Assembly: GCA_000146045.2 (NCBI GenBank)
Contig: BK006941.2
Span: forward strand, 192,001-256,000
Source: TPA_inf: Saccharomyces
Lineage: Eukaryota
Direction of reading: 5' to 3'
Length of the DNA stretch: 64,000 nt
In this document: piece by piece, positions 1-10,720 of the stretch
Layout of the letters: every line of letters begins with the position of its first letter
Position numbering within the stretch: the stretch's first letter is position 1
Program-made: the position numbers and the translations under genes
The notes under the pieces: generated by a model
The model's database searches: none
Seen by the model: the letters and a program-made list of their open reading frames with translations, nothing else
Told to the model about the DNA's origin: nothing

Positions 1-1300
1 TTTTTTCTGTCTCTTCAATTGTCGAATTGCTTATTCTATCCTTTCTGGAGTTCGTATTTTCATCGTTCAAATATATAGATAACCTTTCATCACTCACTTC
101 CAATATACTTTTCTGATCGTTACTTTGTAAGGACGTCAGCCGAATGATGTACTCCAGTAGTGTGATCGACGAATCCTTGTCCTCCAATTTATTTTCTTCT
201 TCTTCTTCTTCCTTTCGTTCTTCTCCGTCTTTTCCTTCCTCTTCGTCCTCCTCTTCATCTTCCTCTTCATCTTCCTCTATCGCTTCATATCCGCTTACCG
301 CATACCAAGTAATGTCATCGAGTAATCCCTTGTCTCCTTCACTGCTCTCATTTTCTTTGTCATCGCTCCGGTCAATCTTCAATACCAACACTGGAGAATC
401 CTGTTCTTCTAATCGGAGAAGCTTACCGGAAACACTGAAAAACAGCTTCTTAATATGGTTCAGATCTATGGCAAGTTCCTGTGGTGTGTCTTCTTTGTCA
501 TCATCCTCATGATATCTACCGTCATTGAAGTCTTGTTCTATTTTCATAAAATAATCATACTTTCTGCCTGTAGAGTTCAATCTATATATCCTTGCTTTTG
601 CACGTTTCATATCCTCTTTCCAAACAATTCCTGATTGCCCATTGTTTTCTGAAGTTAGGTTATAGAAAATAGAGAATAGTGTAACCTCAAATGTAGGCCC
701 CACTTGAACTTTTAGAATCTCCTTGTCACCTGTTCCTTTCTCATTACTCTTCATTGCCTTTTCATACTTTCTATTGTTCTCGCTAACGAAATCGGAGGCT
801 TTTAATAATAAACCAGGAGAAAGTTGATATGGGAGTGCGCTGTTCAAGTTGGCACCAGAAGTGGTTAAAGAAAGATTAATGAATGGAGTGATTTCTTCGA
901 TCCTCAATAGCAAGTCCTTTATATAGTTTTCTACCGCTTTAATAGCTTCATTCTGTGTTTTTGCGCTCCTGGAACCCTCAACTTTCTGCGTCATTTCGTT
1001 GATCTTCTCATCAAACCTATCAATCTCTTCTTTTAAATCCTTGGTTAACCTCAGAGTGATTTGCAAATTCGTGTTTCCCCTCGCCGCTACCAGCTTTATT
1101 AGGTCAATTGCACTGGATACAATAGCCATGCGGCTTTCCAGTTTAAATTTCAGTTGATCTATTCTTCTAGCATCATCCTTAGGAATCTGGACGACAAAGT
1201 TCGTTATTGTCTTTAGCGCATATGTGGATGCTATCGATATTCCGGATTTTATAGCAAATGTAACGGCTTGTGAACCTGCTTTGGCAAGAATTTCATCCAT
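1..1300 (-). CDS. YRB30: YRB30 (YGL164C), RanGTP-binding protein. The N-terminal 433 codons are in the window; the last ~7 codons and the stop lie beyond position 1.
   Basis: The reverse-strand ATG is at 1300..1298 and the translation begins MDEILAKAGSQAVTFAIKSGIS. The frame stays open to the window edge, ending ...RISNSTIEETEK. An acidic Glu/Asp tract is encoded by the CTT/CTC-rich run at ~160-300. The gene lies directly upstream of RAD54, as in S288C. Confidence 0.8.
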   Translation of the reverse strand, partial: MDEILAKAGSQAVTFAIKSGISIASTYALKTITNFVVQIPKDDARRIDQLKFKLESRMAIVSSAIDLIKLVAARGNTNLQITLRLTKDLKEEIDRFDEKINEMTQKVEGSRSAKTQNEAIKAVENYIKDLLLRIEEITPFINLSLTTSGANLNSALPYQLSPGLLLKASDFVSENNRKYEKAMKSNEKGTGDKEILKVQVGPTFEVTLFSIFYNLTSENNGQSGIVWKEDMKRAKARIYRLNSTGRKYDYFMKIEQDFNDGRYHEDDDKEDTPQELAIDLNHIKKLFFSVSGKLLRLEEQDSPVLVLKIDRSDDKENESSEGDKGLLDDITWYAVSGYEAIEEDEEEDEEEDEEEGKDGEERKEEEEEENKLEDKDSSITLLEYIIRLTSLQSNDQKSILEVSDERLSIYLNDENTNSRKDRISNSTIEETEK

Positions 1301-1706
1301 TCTCTTCAGATATTGGTGTTAGGTAATAGTTAAAGTTAATCCTTCTGAGAGTGTGAAACTGTATCAGATTTTTATTTCCCTGACAGCGTGAGATTTTCTT
1401 GCCATAATCTTTTTTGGCAGTTTCGGCTGGCACTTTACCACGATAAAACTGAAGATAATGAAAAATTTAAAAGCTAGCACAAGTATAATATGACATCGCT
1501 CAACTTTTTTTACCCTTAAGTTATACGATTATACTTTTTTGATTGAAATACATAGAGATATTTACCAATTTGGCCCCAATTTTCAATTGTTTATTACGTC
1601 TAAATATATATAACCATGCCCATCATTTAAAATAAATATGTAATGACCCCCCGACGATCGAATTCTACTTTTTGTTTTTGTTTTATAAGTACATGTATGT
1701 AAGAGA

Positions 1707-4403
1707 TCAATGTGAAATATATTGAAATGCAAAACTGATATCATTGTAATGATGCTCGTTTTTTAGTAGATGATCATTTGTTTTTTCCAATGCGTCATGG
1801 TTCAAATGATTCCAAGTTGTCGCATCACCATATAACATTGCAGGGGCTCTCTTTAATTGTTTACCCTGAGCATTACAACGTTTACAATGGTATGTTTCGT
1901 GTGTTTCACATATCGTATTCTCATTTTTTTGAAACAACTGTCTTAAATTGTCAGAACTAAACAACCTTTCAACGTCTTCTTTCGCATCGACCACGCATGA
2001 ACTCAAACTCATTTTCATAGATTGTCTTTGAAAGATTTTTTCCTCTATGGTACCAGTCGATATGAATCTGTAAATGAAACAATCCTTTTTTTGACCGTCT
2101 CTCCAAACACGTGCCAAAGCTTGTTGATCAGCAGCAGGATTCCAATCCGGATCCATCAAAATTAATCGATTTGCACCAATCAAATTGATACCACACCCAC
2201 CTGCTTTAGAACTTAAGAGGAAGATGAACTCTTGGCCTTCAGGATCGTTGAACCTATCCACCAATTTTTGTCTTTTGTTAATTGACATTGTACCATCCAA
2301 CCGTACAGCACTGTAGTGCTTATATCTACACATTTTTTCAATGAGGTCCAAGGTTTGGGTATAGTTGGAGATCAAAACAATCTTATCATCGGATTCGGTC
2401 TTTATCTTATGGAGAAATCTTTCCAAAATGGAAAATTTAGCTGAATATTTTGTTTGTACGTCCCTGGCTTTTGAACCCGGCATATTATAATCGTCAGGTA
2501 GTTCCAAATCATCTTCATCGTCAAATTCATCTTCAAAATTCAAGAGATTAGGGTGATTACATAGCTTCTTTAAAATACCAATAGCCCTCAGGGGCTGAGA
2601 CCCACCAACACCTTTTACTACTTTTTTCACTTCTCTTGACTTAATTAATTTATTGTAGAGCTCGTTCTGCAACGGCTTCAAGTTTACGAAAATAACGTGC
2701 TCATACTTGCAAGGCAAATATTTGGCCAAAATATCGTTAGTACGACGGATAATAAATTTGGAGACAATGGTAGATAGCTTCTGTAATTGCGCCTCGCCCT
2801 TTGTGATTTCTTTATCAGTAGCATCAGCATCACGCCCTCGCAAAATTGGATTCTCAAAATTTTTCCTAAATTCTGCTCTGGAACCTAATAAGCCAGGATT
2901 CGAAAAACTCAGTAGAGCAAAATATTCGGAAAGATCGTTTTGAATGGGTGTACCAGATAATATAACTCTTCTAGGACAACTGATGCTATCCAAAGCTGTG
3001 AATGTTAAAGAGTCACCGTTTTTCAAACGGTGCCCTTCATCTGCCAGCATTAAACCCACATTGCAGTTTTTCAATTGATCAACATTTCGACGTAATGTTT
3101 CATACGATATGATTAAAACGGGCTTAACAATATTTCTTCCCTGTGCCTGAGCCCAGGCATGAATAGCTTGCGAAACTGTTGTATTACCACCACCCATTGA
3201 AGATTTTTTCCCATCAACCGCTAACGGAGTTAGAGTATTGGGACCCAACCATTTTATCAATTCATTAGCCCAGTTGTTGACTAAAGAAGATGGACAAACA
3301 ATGATACATTTGTCGATAAGTCTTTTACCCTGCGGGCCCTGTCTTAATAATGTCCACATAAGTGCTATACACTGCAATGTCTTACCCAGCCCCATTTCAT
3401 CGGCCATGATGCAGCCGTAGGCCCCTCTATTGTTTTGTTCAGTCTTTTGAGATTCAGTAAGTGCCTTCTCGTCGCTCTTTAAGGGATCTTCGCTTGAAGT
3501 GTTGAACGCCTCAGCTTCTAAGTAATCTTTCATGACAAGCCCTGTGACACAACGGTATAAGAATCTCACCCCTTCGACTTGATGGGGTCTTAAAATCTTG
3601 GCCAGTTTTGGATCAATAACCACAGGGACACTAGCAAATTTCTTCTTGTTTTCCGCAGAGTTTTCCGAATCACCGAGTAGCTCACGTAACGGTTTGTTTC
3701 TCACACCATTTGTCATCAAAGCTGGATGGCGTCCTATTCTTTGTGTGGGTCTTTCTTCCTGGCTATTCTTTTCCTTGTTAATATTATCCTTTTCCTGTGT
3801 GCTTTTGATCATTTTCTTTGATTCTTCTTCCTTGTTATCCATAGATGTGTCATGGACAATCATTTCACCGTCAACGGACGGGTCATAAAGCACTATGGCA
3901 AATTCGTCTGTAGGGTCATGTAGAGGTCGAGGTTCTGGAGTAATTTTTTTTTTCATTCCTAACGTTAATGGCAGACTGTGTCTTTGTACATATCCCTTGA
4001 TTGGCACAGTGAAAGATCTTCTCAAAGTGTACTGGATATGACTCAGTCTTGTCGGATCCTTGGCCAACCTTTGAGCACTAAGAGCATCCTTCCGTCGTTT
4101 AGTCAACTGAGAAAAACTTATGTCTTGGCTGTTGTACTCTGCTTCGTCCGCATTTATATCCAAGCCGGAATAACATACAGTCGCTGATCTTTTCCTCAAG
4201 CTCCTTCCTCCTACGATATTATCAGACCCGGTGGCGATTCTACCAGCAGCGGGCGGGATGTGCGTGTTCTTGTACGGGACCCTGAACGGTTTCGTTAGTC
4301 GGTTCACCGAGTCTTGTACGTTAATAGGCCTAGGTACCAGTCTCGGCCGTTCACCGGCTCCTATTCCATTTGGTGGTCTGTCTGGTAATCTGCGTCTTGC
4401 CAT
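1707..4403 (-). CDS. RAD54: RAD54, a Swi2/Snf2-family dsDNA-dependent ATPase and translocase of homologous recombination (898 aa)
   Basis: The 898-aa ORF begins MARRRLPDRPPNGIGAGERPRLVPRP. It has the Snf2 helicase motifs LADEMGLGKT (Walker A region), DEGHRLKN (DEAH-like) and the C-terminal helicase domain. The length matches RAD54. Confidence 0.95.
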   Translation of the reverse strand: MARRRLPDRPPNGIGAGERPRLVPRPINVQDSVNRLTKPFRVPYKNTHIPPAAGRIATGSDNIVGGRSLRKRSATVCYSGLDINADEAEYNSQDISFSQLTKRRKDALSAQRLAKDPTRLSHIQYTLRRSFTVPIKGYVQRHSLPLTLGMKKKITPEPRPLHDPTDEFAIVLYDPSVDGEMIVHDTSMDNKEEESKKMIKSTQEKDNINKEKNSQEERPTQRIGRHPALMTNGVRNKPLRELLGDSENSAENKKKFASVPVVIDPKLAKILRPHQVEGVRFLYRCVTGLVMKDYLEAEAFNTSSEDPLKSDEKALTESQKTEQNNRGAYGCIMADEMGLGKTLQCIALMWTLLRQGPQGKRLIDKCIIVCPSSLVNNWANELIKWLGPNTLTPLAVDGKKSSMGGGNTTVSQAIHAWAQAQGRNIVKPVLIISYETLRRNVDQLKNCNVGLMLADEGHRLKNGDSLTFTALDSISCPRRVILSGTPIQNDLSEYFALLSFSNPGLLGSRAEFRKNFENPILRGRDADATDKEITKGEAQLQKLSTIVSKFIIRRTNDILAKYLPCKYEHVIFVNLKPLQNELYNKLIKSREVKKVVKGVGGSQPLRAIGILKKLCNHPNLLNFEDEFDDEDDLELPDDYNMPGSKARDVQTKYSAKFSILERFLHKIKTESDDKIVLISNYTQTLDLIEKMCRYKHYSAVRLDGTMSINKRQKLVDRFNDPEGQEFIFLLSSKAGGCGINLIGANRLILMDPDWNPAADQQALARVWRDGQKKDCFIYRFISTGTIEEKIFQRQSMKMSLSSCVVDAKEDVERLFSSDNLRQLFQKNENTICETHETYHCKRCNAQGKQLKRAPAMLYGDATTWNHLNHDALEKTNDHLLKNEHHYNDISFAFQYISH

Positions 4404-4632
4404 CAGTTATAAGGAAATATATATGGTACCTTGAAATAGAGCTAAGTTCTGAGCGTTTGATTTTTCTATACTTTCGTAGCAGCTTTAGTGAAGAAAGAGA
4501 AAAGTTGCTGCTCTAGATTTTGTATCGGCTATTACGTCAAGTGAGAAGAGTTTTGGCCTTCGCTTCAGTTAGATCTTCTATTATTTCCTTTTTTTTCTTT
4601 TTGTTTGTAATTGTTTTTTATTTTTTTTTTTG

Positions 4633-4639
4633 CGCGAAA
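4633..4639. promoter_or_regulatory. SCB-like element CGCGAAA, ~230 bp upstream of the RAD54 ATG
   Basis: Exact CGCGAAA heptamer in the RAD54 5' flank, inside a long T-rich tract. Confidence 0.4.
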
Positions 4640-4656
4640 CTTTGCTATATTGGGTA

Positions 4657-4662
4657 ACGCGT
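4657..4662. promoter_or_regulatory. MluI cell-cycle box (MCB, ACGCGT) in the RAD54 promoter, ~255 bp upstream of the ATG
   Basis: Perfect palindromic ACGCGT. RAD54 is established as a G1/S-induced, DNA-damage-induced gene with MCB-type control. Confidence 0.5.
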
Positions 4663-6137
4663 AAAATACTTTTTATTATTGCAGTAAGGCGGAAGGGTCT
4701 TCCCCTTTGCATGTTAAATAGCATACATGGCACCACTCAGGTCCAGAACGTGACACATCTTTGCACCACTTGTGTATTTTCAAGATGTTAAATTTTTGAT
4801 ACATAAGCTTTATCATGCAGGTGCAGTAGACGCATTTGCGTACGCGTTGAGTAGTAATGCAAGAACGCAACAATTTCACGCTTTCTACTTAAGAGGACAG
4901 ATCTTCGAGCAGAATATTTTTCTCCTAGCGCGGCTTTCAGAATCTTCTTACCATCTGCAGGACATCACATGCAAGCACATGAAGCTGGAACCACGCACCA
5001 TTAAATGTAAACCTACAGACATAGCTAGCACAGAAATGCTACTTTGGAAACCTCGGTTGCATCGGCTGACCTCGGCTGTTCAGCAACGTGAGCTGGTTGT
5101 TGTTATTGTTCATAGAATCCTGTATTTTACCAGTGTAGCTTTGTCCGCCCACCCCACGCTTTTGGCCACTAGTATGTACGTATATGCGTGGGCTCTATAT
5201 CATTGAAAACGAATTTTCCACGCAAAACCCACTTCACACCATAAAGGCCTTATGACGATGTACATTCTTCCCCTCCCCCCTCCTCCCGAAGGAACCCTTA
5301 TAGTGATCCTAATACGGTATAACGTAAACCGGAGTTGTCAGCAGAGAGAAGCGAATAATATGTTTTGCGTGGGGTTCCCACGAGCGGCAGGAACCGTAGC
5401 GCATTGAAAAATGAATCATCGATCATCTTTGGGTTTCAAGGGTTCGGACTTCGCCAAAGGTCCGAATACTTCCACCAGTATTTCTCTTTTTCCCTTTCCA
5501 GTCTCGTTCTTCGCCGAATCCCCGCTTTCCCATCATGATCGTTTCTCTGTTTCTCTCTTTCCGGAACAGGCTCTTTTCTGACCGCCAGTTCGTGCGGTTA
5601 GTTCTGTGGATCTTGCAGGCACTTGCCGGTTTAGCCACACTTCTCCGCTGTTTGTGTCGAATTTCCCTCGAGTATGAGAAAGACTGGACCACAAAAGAGG
5701 GAAAAAAAATGGGCCGATTTTAAACCATTATAGGTCACAGAAAAACTTTCTTACGACGGTGGTTTTTCAACAATACGTTTCTTGAGCAGGAGAGGAGCTT
5801 TGTTCTTTTGCCTTAGTTTTTTTTGTCTTTTTTTGTGAGCCATCCTGCTGTCGTTGCCATACATGACAGATCCACATTTGCCTTGTTGTTTTTAGTTTTT
5901 GTTCCTTGCACCATATAAAAGCGTCACTTGTATTTTCCTTACTCATCTAAACTTCAAGCTTTTTCGTCATAGTAGGTTTGTGATCTCGGCAAAGAAAAAA
6001 AATTTTTTTGCCGATCTTTCTGGTTATTGTTTCAGGTATCTTTATGAAAGTATTAGTGTACGCACTGGATTTTTGGTAGGTCTATAAAAGTGCAACACAT
6101 AATCTAAATCATTGAGGTCATCGTATGTCAAAAGAAG

Positions 6138-7037
6138 ATGTCCACAAGCATTACAGTAAGAAATAGAGATCGATCGCTACCACCGCTATTGCTCCCCAAT
6201 GTTTCCCTGCTAGAAAAAGATATACGGCGTAAAGGCACCCAAAATGTGGGCATCACCGATCCAGAACTCTTGTCGACCACTTGGACGAGGAAGCGGGCTT
6301 TTCCGACTGACGAGCTTTTAGGAGGCTATAAGAGATTAAAGCCTGCTGCCGCTGACAGTAATGAGTGCGCTATTGGTATTGCCACGGTGACGCCGCCGCC
6401 AACGCTCCCCGTAAGTGCGATTGTTCCCCCTCCACAAAATTACACTCCACCATTGTTTGAGTATCATCCTCATGCTCTTGCTTCCATGGTCAATGAAGAC
6501 GCTAATGCGTCATGCACTCAAATGTCTATAATTTCGCGCTCAACGAGCAACTCGACAACCTCCTCTGCCACATCTACTAGTTCAATTTCCAAGAGACAAA
6601 GAAGTGGCCCAAGTTGTGACAAATGTCGTTTGAAAAAAATAAAATGTAATGCGAAAATTGAGATTTTGCTTCAAGACGATACTATAATGCCAATGATCTC
6701 GAACAAGTTGCGGTACGTCTTGACTCCTGACGATATTCGGCTATATCGAGGCACGCTGTTGCGGAATATTGCCATACCGGATGATGTCATTGAGGGTACA
6801 GGCTCACGCAAGTTGATTAAGCATATTGATAAGTTGGTTTTGCTCACACCTTGTTTACCATGCATTAAGAAAAAGCATTCTTCTTCTTCCACTAATTTCC
6901 CAAAAAATGATAAATGTACTTTTTCAAAAGGCTTTACCAGAGCTGACATAAACATTTCATCCAAAATCTCCTTAAAATTTAAGGATAAAACCATTTACGA
7001 CATAACCTATGATGACTATAAAAGCATTGATTTTTAG
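6138..7037 (+). CDS. SUT1: SUT1, a Zn(II)2Cys6-type transcription factor for sterol uptake and hypoxic genes (299 aa)
   Basis: The ORF is 299 aa. The zinc-cluster motif [12 protein letters not shown] lies in the C-terminal half, with a Ser/Thr-rich linker. Position and length match YGL162W. Confidence 0.9.
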
Positions 7038-7209
7038 ACAAAGGCATCTCTAATGAATAGCATCACAAAACTTGCATTTAGCATTAACATATATGGATAT
7101 ATATGTACACACAGAAAACGTATAAACACTCATGTATAACCCTACATAATAAGAGTATACAATGATACTAGTCATAAAAAGTATTGTGTGTATAGACGTG
7201 CGCATATTT

Positions 7210-8142
7210 TCAAAATATTATAAACCTGAACAATAGACAGAATAAAGTATGCAGCGCAACGACAACGATGATGGACAGCGAAAATTTCCCGTTCGATTGT
7301 GTCTCCGTATTATTATTACTCGATATTTGAGAATTCAAGAAATAAGACGACTGTGCCCACCCAAGAGCCACAATTGCCCATTGAATTGCTTGAACAGTCC
7401 TCAGGCGCTTGGACATATCCAATATATTCAATATAACACAAACGGGTATCCAGATCAAGTTAGCGTACCCGTAAACGGAAATCAATTCAGGAACACTTTT
7501 GAAGCTTCTATTGCGCTCCGAGTGCTCATCTCTATTCAATACTTGCATGGTAATAAATGGTACGCCGAACGTGTACCCGTAAAATAGCCAAATAGAATGC
7601 AGTAGCTTCTTAAACTGACTGGCCCTGTCGATGTCCTCACCAGTCTTGACGCCCTCAATTACGTCACTGATAATAAAATTTAACCCCCTACTCATGGTAA
7701 AATTGATCATTACCACCGTGGCAGTGATCCATACAGCACCGTATAAATCAGTGTTATCTTCGTTACTTTCGGAATTATGATCGTTTCTAAACGTCAGTAC
7801 CGCGGACAATCTCTTTTTGAACTGCGTCAAATCGATCTGGAAGTATTTAGAATAGTAGTTTATCAATCCTGGCCTCAATCCATTACGCCCAAGACCGTCG
7901 TTGTCATTCTGTCCTATCACTTGGTCGTACGCTGGTGGGTCCATTTGACCCTGTAATGGTGCGGATTCTGCCTTACTGCCCGTTGTGTTATAAAATTCGC
8001 TACCCTTTCCAGCAGTCGAGTTATTCATGTTTGGGCTATCAGGTACGGTGGCATCATCAAATGGGTTGGGCTCGTTGCCAAAATCATCTACACCCTCGAG
8101 ATCATCGTCAATATCTAAAAAACTGCTATTATTGGACGGCAT
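7210..8142 (-). CDS. YIP5: YIP5, a Yip1-family Rab-GTPase-interacting Golgi membrane protein (310 aa)
   Basis: The ORF is 310 aa. It has a hydrophilic N-terminus followed by a C-terminal polytopic hydrophobic Yip1 domain. Synteny is with YGL161C. Confidence 0.85.
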   Translation of the reverse strand: MPSNNSSFLDIDDDLEGVDDFGNEPNPFDDATVPDSPNMNNSTAGKGSEFYNTTGSKAESAPLQGQMDPPAYDQVIGQNDNDGLGRNGLRPGLINYYSKYFQIDLTQFKKRLSAVLTFRNDHNSESNEDNTDLYGAVWITATVVMINFTMSRGLNFIISDVIEGVKTGEDIDRASQFKKLLHSIWLFYGYTFGVPFITMQVLNRDEHSERNRSFKSVPELISVYGYANLIWIPVCVILNILDMSKRLRTVQAIQWAIVALGWAQSSYFLNSQISSNNNTETQSNGKFSLSIIVVVALHTLFCLLFRFIIF

Positions 8143-8560
8143 TTTTCTGCTTTTGTCGAGTCAATCCTATTTGCTAGTATACAATCGTGGATGAAGCGTA
8201 AAAAAGAACTACAGAACCAATGCGTTTGGATCCAATGTGGTCGCTGCCCTTGGCCCCTTTTACCTTGAGCGTAGGACGTTGATACATTTTCACTGCTTGA
8301 GAAATTAGGTATAATACACAGCCGGGTAAATAGCGTTTAATTGATCGCTGCTCCGTAATACCGATATACTGTTACGTTATGTATTGAAAATACAGTTTAA
8401 CTATTATTTGTAGGGATACTACTATGGGGTCTCAACCGCACTTAAAGGCGCTAAAATATTTTGACTTTTCCTTCCTTATATTGTAGACGTGTTATTTAAA
8501 AACTACATTTTCCATATCTCGTCGCCAGAAACTTCTAATTTGGTAAGCCTTCCAATAAAT

Positions 8561-10273
8561 ATGAAAGAATCCCCTCTCATAACGTTGGTTAAAAGACATT
8601 CCGAGACACATTTTGCCAATATCAAGTATGGGTATTATGTGTTGATAATATCATTGGTCTATCTCATTGGATTGGCTCTTTTGAGAGCTTTCGGAAGGAG
8701 AACCCCATCCAGATCGTCGTCAGCTTTCAAAAATAAGATAATTTATCGGTTGTATGATATAGATCCTGCAATTCACTTAGGTATATTGTTTTTTGCAGTC
8801 TTGATTCCATTTTATTACCATTACTCTTTGACTACCCAATCTACGGTCTATCTCAAAAGATTAGGGAGGTTGAGTTACGCCTTGATCCCGCTGAACCTAT
8901 TCCTCACTTTAAGGCCTAATTGGTTCCTTAGGAAAAATTGCACCTACACTGATTTTATACCGTTCCATAAATGGTTTTCACGTATTATCACCGTGATTGG
9001 TTTGCTTCATGGGATTTTCTTCATCATTAAGTGGGCGATAGACGATAATGTCTCTCTAAAGCAAAAATTGATTCTGAAAACTTTCAATTTTGCGGGATTC
9101 ATAATATCAATATTGGTACTTTTTTTACTTATTTGCTCGATTGGGCCAATGAGAAGATACAACTATCGTTTGTTTTACATCGTACATAACCTGGTGAACG
9201 TGGCCTTCATCTTACTCACCCCAATACACTCTAGGCCAGGTGTTAAGTTCCCATTTCTTCTACTAAACTGTACCCTATTATTCATTCATATTATCAATAG
9301 AATAGTATTTGCGAAATCCTTGATGATTTTGAATAAGAATGCGAATTATTCAAAAACAAATTTAGTCCATGTAAGATTGCCCAGGGCTATTCTTCCAGAT
9401 TATTTTGAACCAGGGTCGCATATTAGAATAAGCCCTTACAGAAGAATTAATCCCCTCTATTGGTTGCTACCATCGCATCCATACACAATTGCGTCTTTGG
9501 CAGAAGACAATTCAATTGATCTTATTATAAAGGAAACCTCTACAGCCGAGCCAGGTAGCCAGATAGAGTCTCTTCGTAGTAATCCAAAATCCTTTCATTT
9601 AGATCAAGAAAAAACCTATACTTTGATTAATAGTTATCCTCCCTCTGTACCCGAAGAATGTTATTCTCAAGGCACGAATATAGCTATTATATGTGGTGGG
9701 TCTGGTATATCTTTTGCCCTACCACTATTTAGGCATTTTTTTAACAAGGAGAATGTAAAATACTTGAAAATGATCTGGCTGATAAAAGATTACTCTGAAT
9801 ATGAACTTGTTTTGGATTATCTCAAGACAAATGGGTTGACTTTTGAGAAAAAACTCTCGAATAATAAGAGGATTTCAGTATTTATTAGTGGAGAATACAC
9901 GGCGGAAACACGGTTAGACGAAATTACGACCAATATCGACGATGAAAACTCAGAATATGAAATGGGATCTTTCAACAATGAAGACGAAGACCTTTCGATT
10001 TCTAATTTCAATTCAGAAAATGCGGACAGCAATGACAATACGCCAGAGACAAGTCATAGCCCCACAAAAGAGAATGGAAGCATGATCGAGGTAAAATCCA
10101 AACACAGTTTTACTCTTTCCAACGAATTGAAGAGCTTCAACAATGAAAGTGCACAAGTGAACCAAAATGAAACATGGTTGTTTTCATGTGGTCCTCCCTC
10201 GTTATTACAATTGTCTAAAAAATATTGTAACGATGAAAGGATCAACTTTGTCTGTGAGACTTACGGATTATGA
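8561..10273 (+). CDS. AIM14: AIM14/YNO1, an NADPH-oxidase / ferric-reductase-like transmembrane protein (570 aa)
   Basis: The ORF track gives 8489..10273 (594 aa). The annotated protein starts at the internal Met (MKESPLITLVKRHSE) at 8561, which gives 570 aa. It has multiple TM helices with His residues (HKWFSRI, HGIFFII) typical of ferric-reductase domains, and a C-terminal FAD/NAD-binding region. Confidence 0.85.
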   Translation: MKESPLITLVKRHSETHFANIKYGYYVLIISLVYLIGLALLRAFGRRTPSRSSSAFKNKIIYRLYDIDPAIHLGILFFAVLIPFYYHYSLTTQSTVYLKRLGRLSYALIPLNLFLTLRPNWFLRKNCTYTDFIPFHKWFSRIITVIGLLHGIFFIIKWAIDDNVSLKQKLILKTFNFAGFIISILVLFLLICSIGPMRRYNYRLFYIVHNLVNVAFILLTPIHSRPGVKFPFLLLNCTLLFIHIINRIVFAKSLMILNKNANYSKTNLVHVRLPRAILPDYFEPGSHIRISPYRRINPLYWLLPSHPYTIASLAEDNSIDLIIKETSTAEPGSQIESLRSNPKSFHLDQEKTYTLINSYPPSVPEECYSQGTNIAIICGGSGISFALPLFRHFFNKENVKYLKMIWLIKDYSEYELVLDYLKTNGLTFEKKLSNNKRISVFISGEYTAETRLDEITTNIDDENSEYEMGSFNNEDEDLSISNFNSENADSNDNTPETSHSPTKENGSMIEVKSKHSFTLSNELKSFNNESAQVNQNETWLFSCGPPSLLQLSKKYCNDERINFVCETYGL

Positions 10274-10720
10274 GGGGAAAAGAAAAGAATAATAATGTCT
10301 TACGCAATATGCTCGGAAATGATATTCCACGACATTAGATGCTAATTTATAGTATATAGAAAACAAAAAATACATATCTGTTTTTTAATGACCTTTAGTT
10401 TATATGCTTTCTTGCGCGGCTATTAGAATACACTTGACAGGTTGTACGCATTATTAATCGGTAAATGGAGATATATTAGAGATGATCGTTTTAAAATGGA
10501 GGCTGTCTGCAAAAAAATTGGGAGCTACATTAGCAAAAAGCTTCTTTTCTTGTTGTTCTCGGTTTATATTTCAAGAGGGCAGTAGGAAAAAGGATCGAAA
10601 AGCTCGGCCTGTGGCCATGTCCTCTAAAAATCAAATATAATTTACTGGCCAACGTTATCGGCTCTTTTTGATATCTATCATCTCTTTAGCTATTGTTATC
10701 TGGCAACTGATTCAACTGAT

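Noticed and set aside
144-512. 122-aa '+' ORF that is Ser-rich and low-complexity
   Set aside because: It is the antisense reading of the GAA/GAG-rich acidic tract of YRB30. It has no start context or conservation signal and sits wholly inside a known gene on the other strand.
4772-5206. 144-aa intergenic ORF between RAD54 and SUT1 (also 5423..5692 '-', 5535..5723 '+')
   Set aside because: Amino-acid composition and codon usage are random. There are no recognisable domains. Their lengths are consistent with chance ORFs in 1.7 kb of non-coding DNA.
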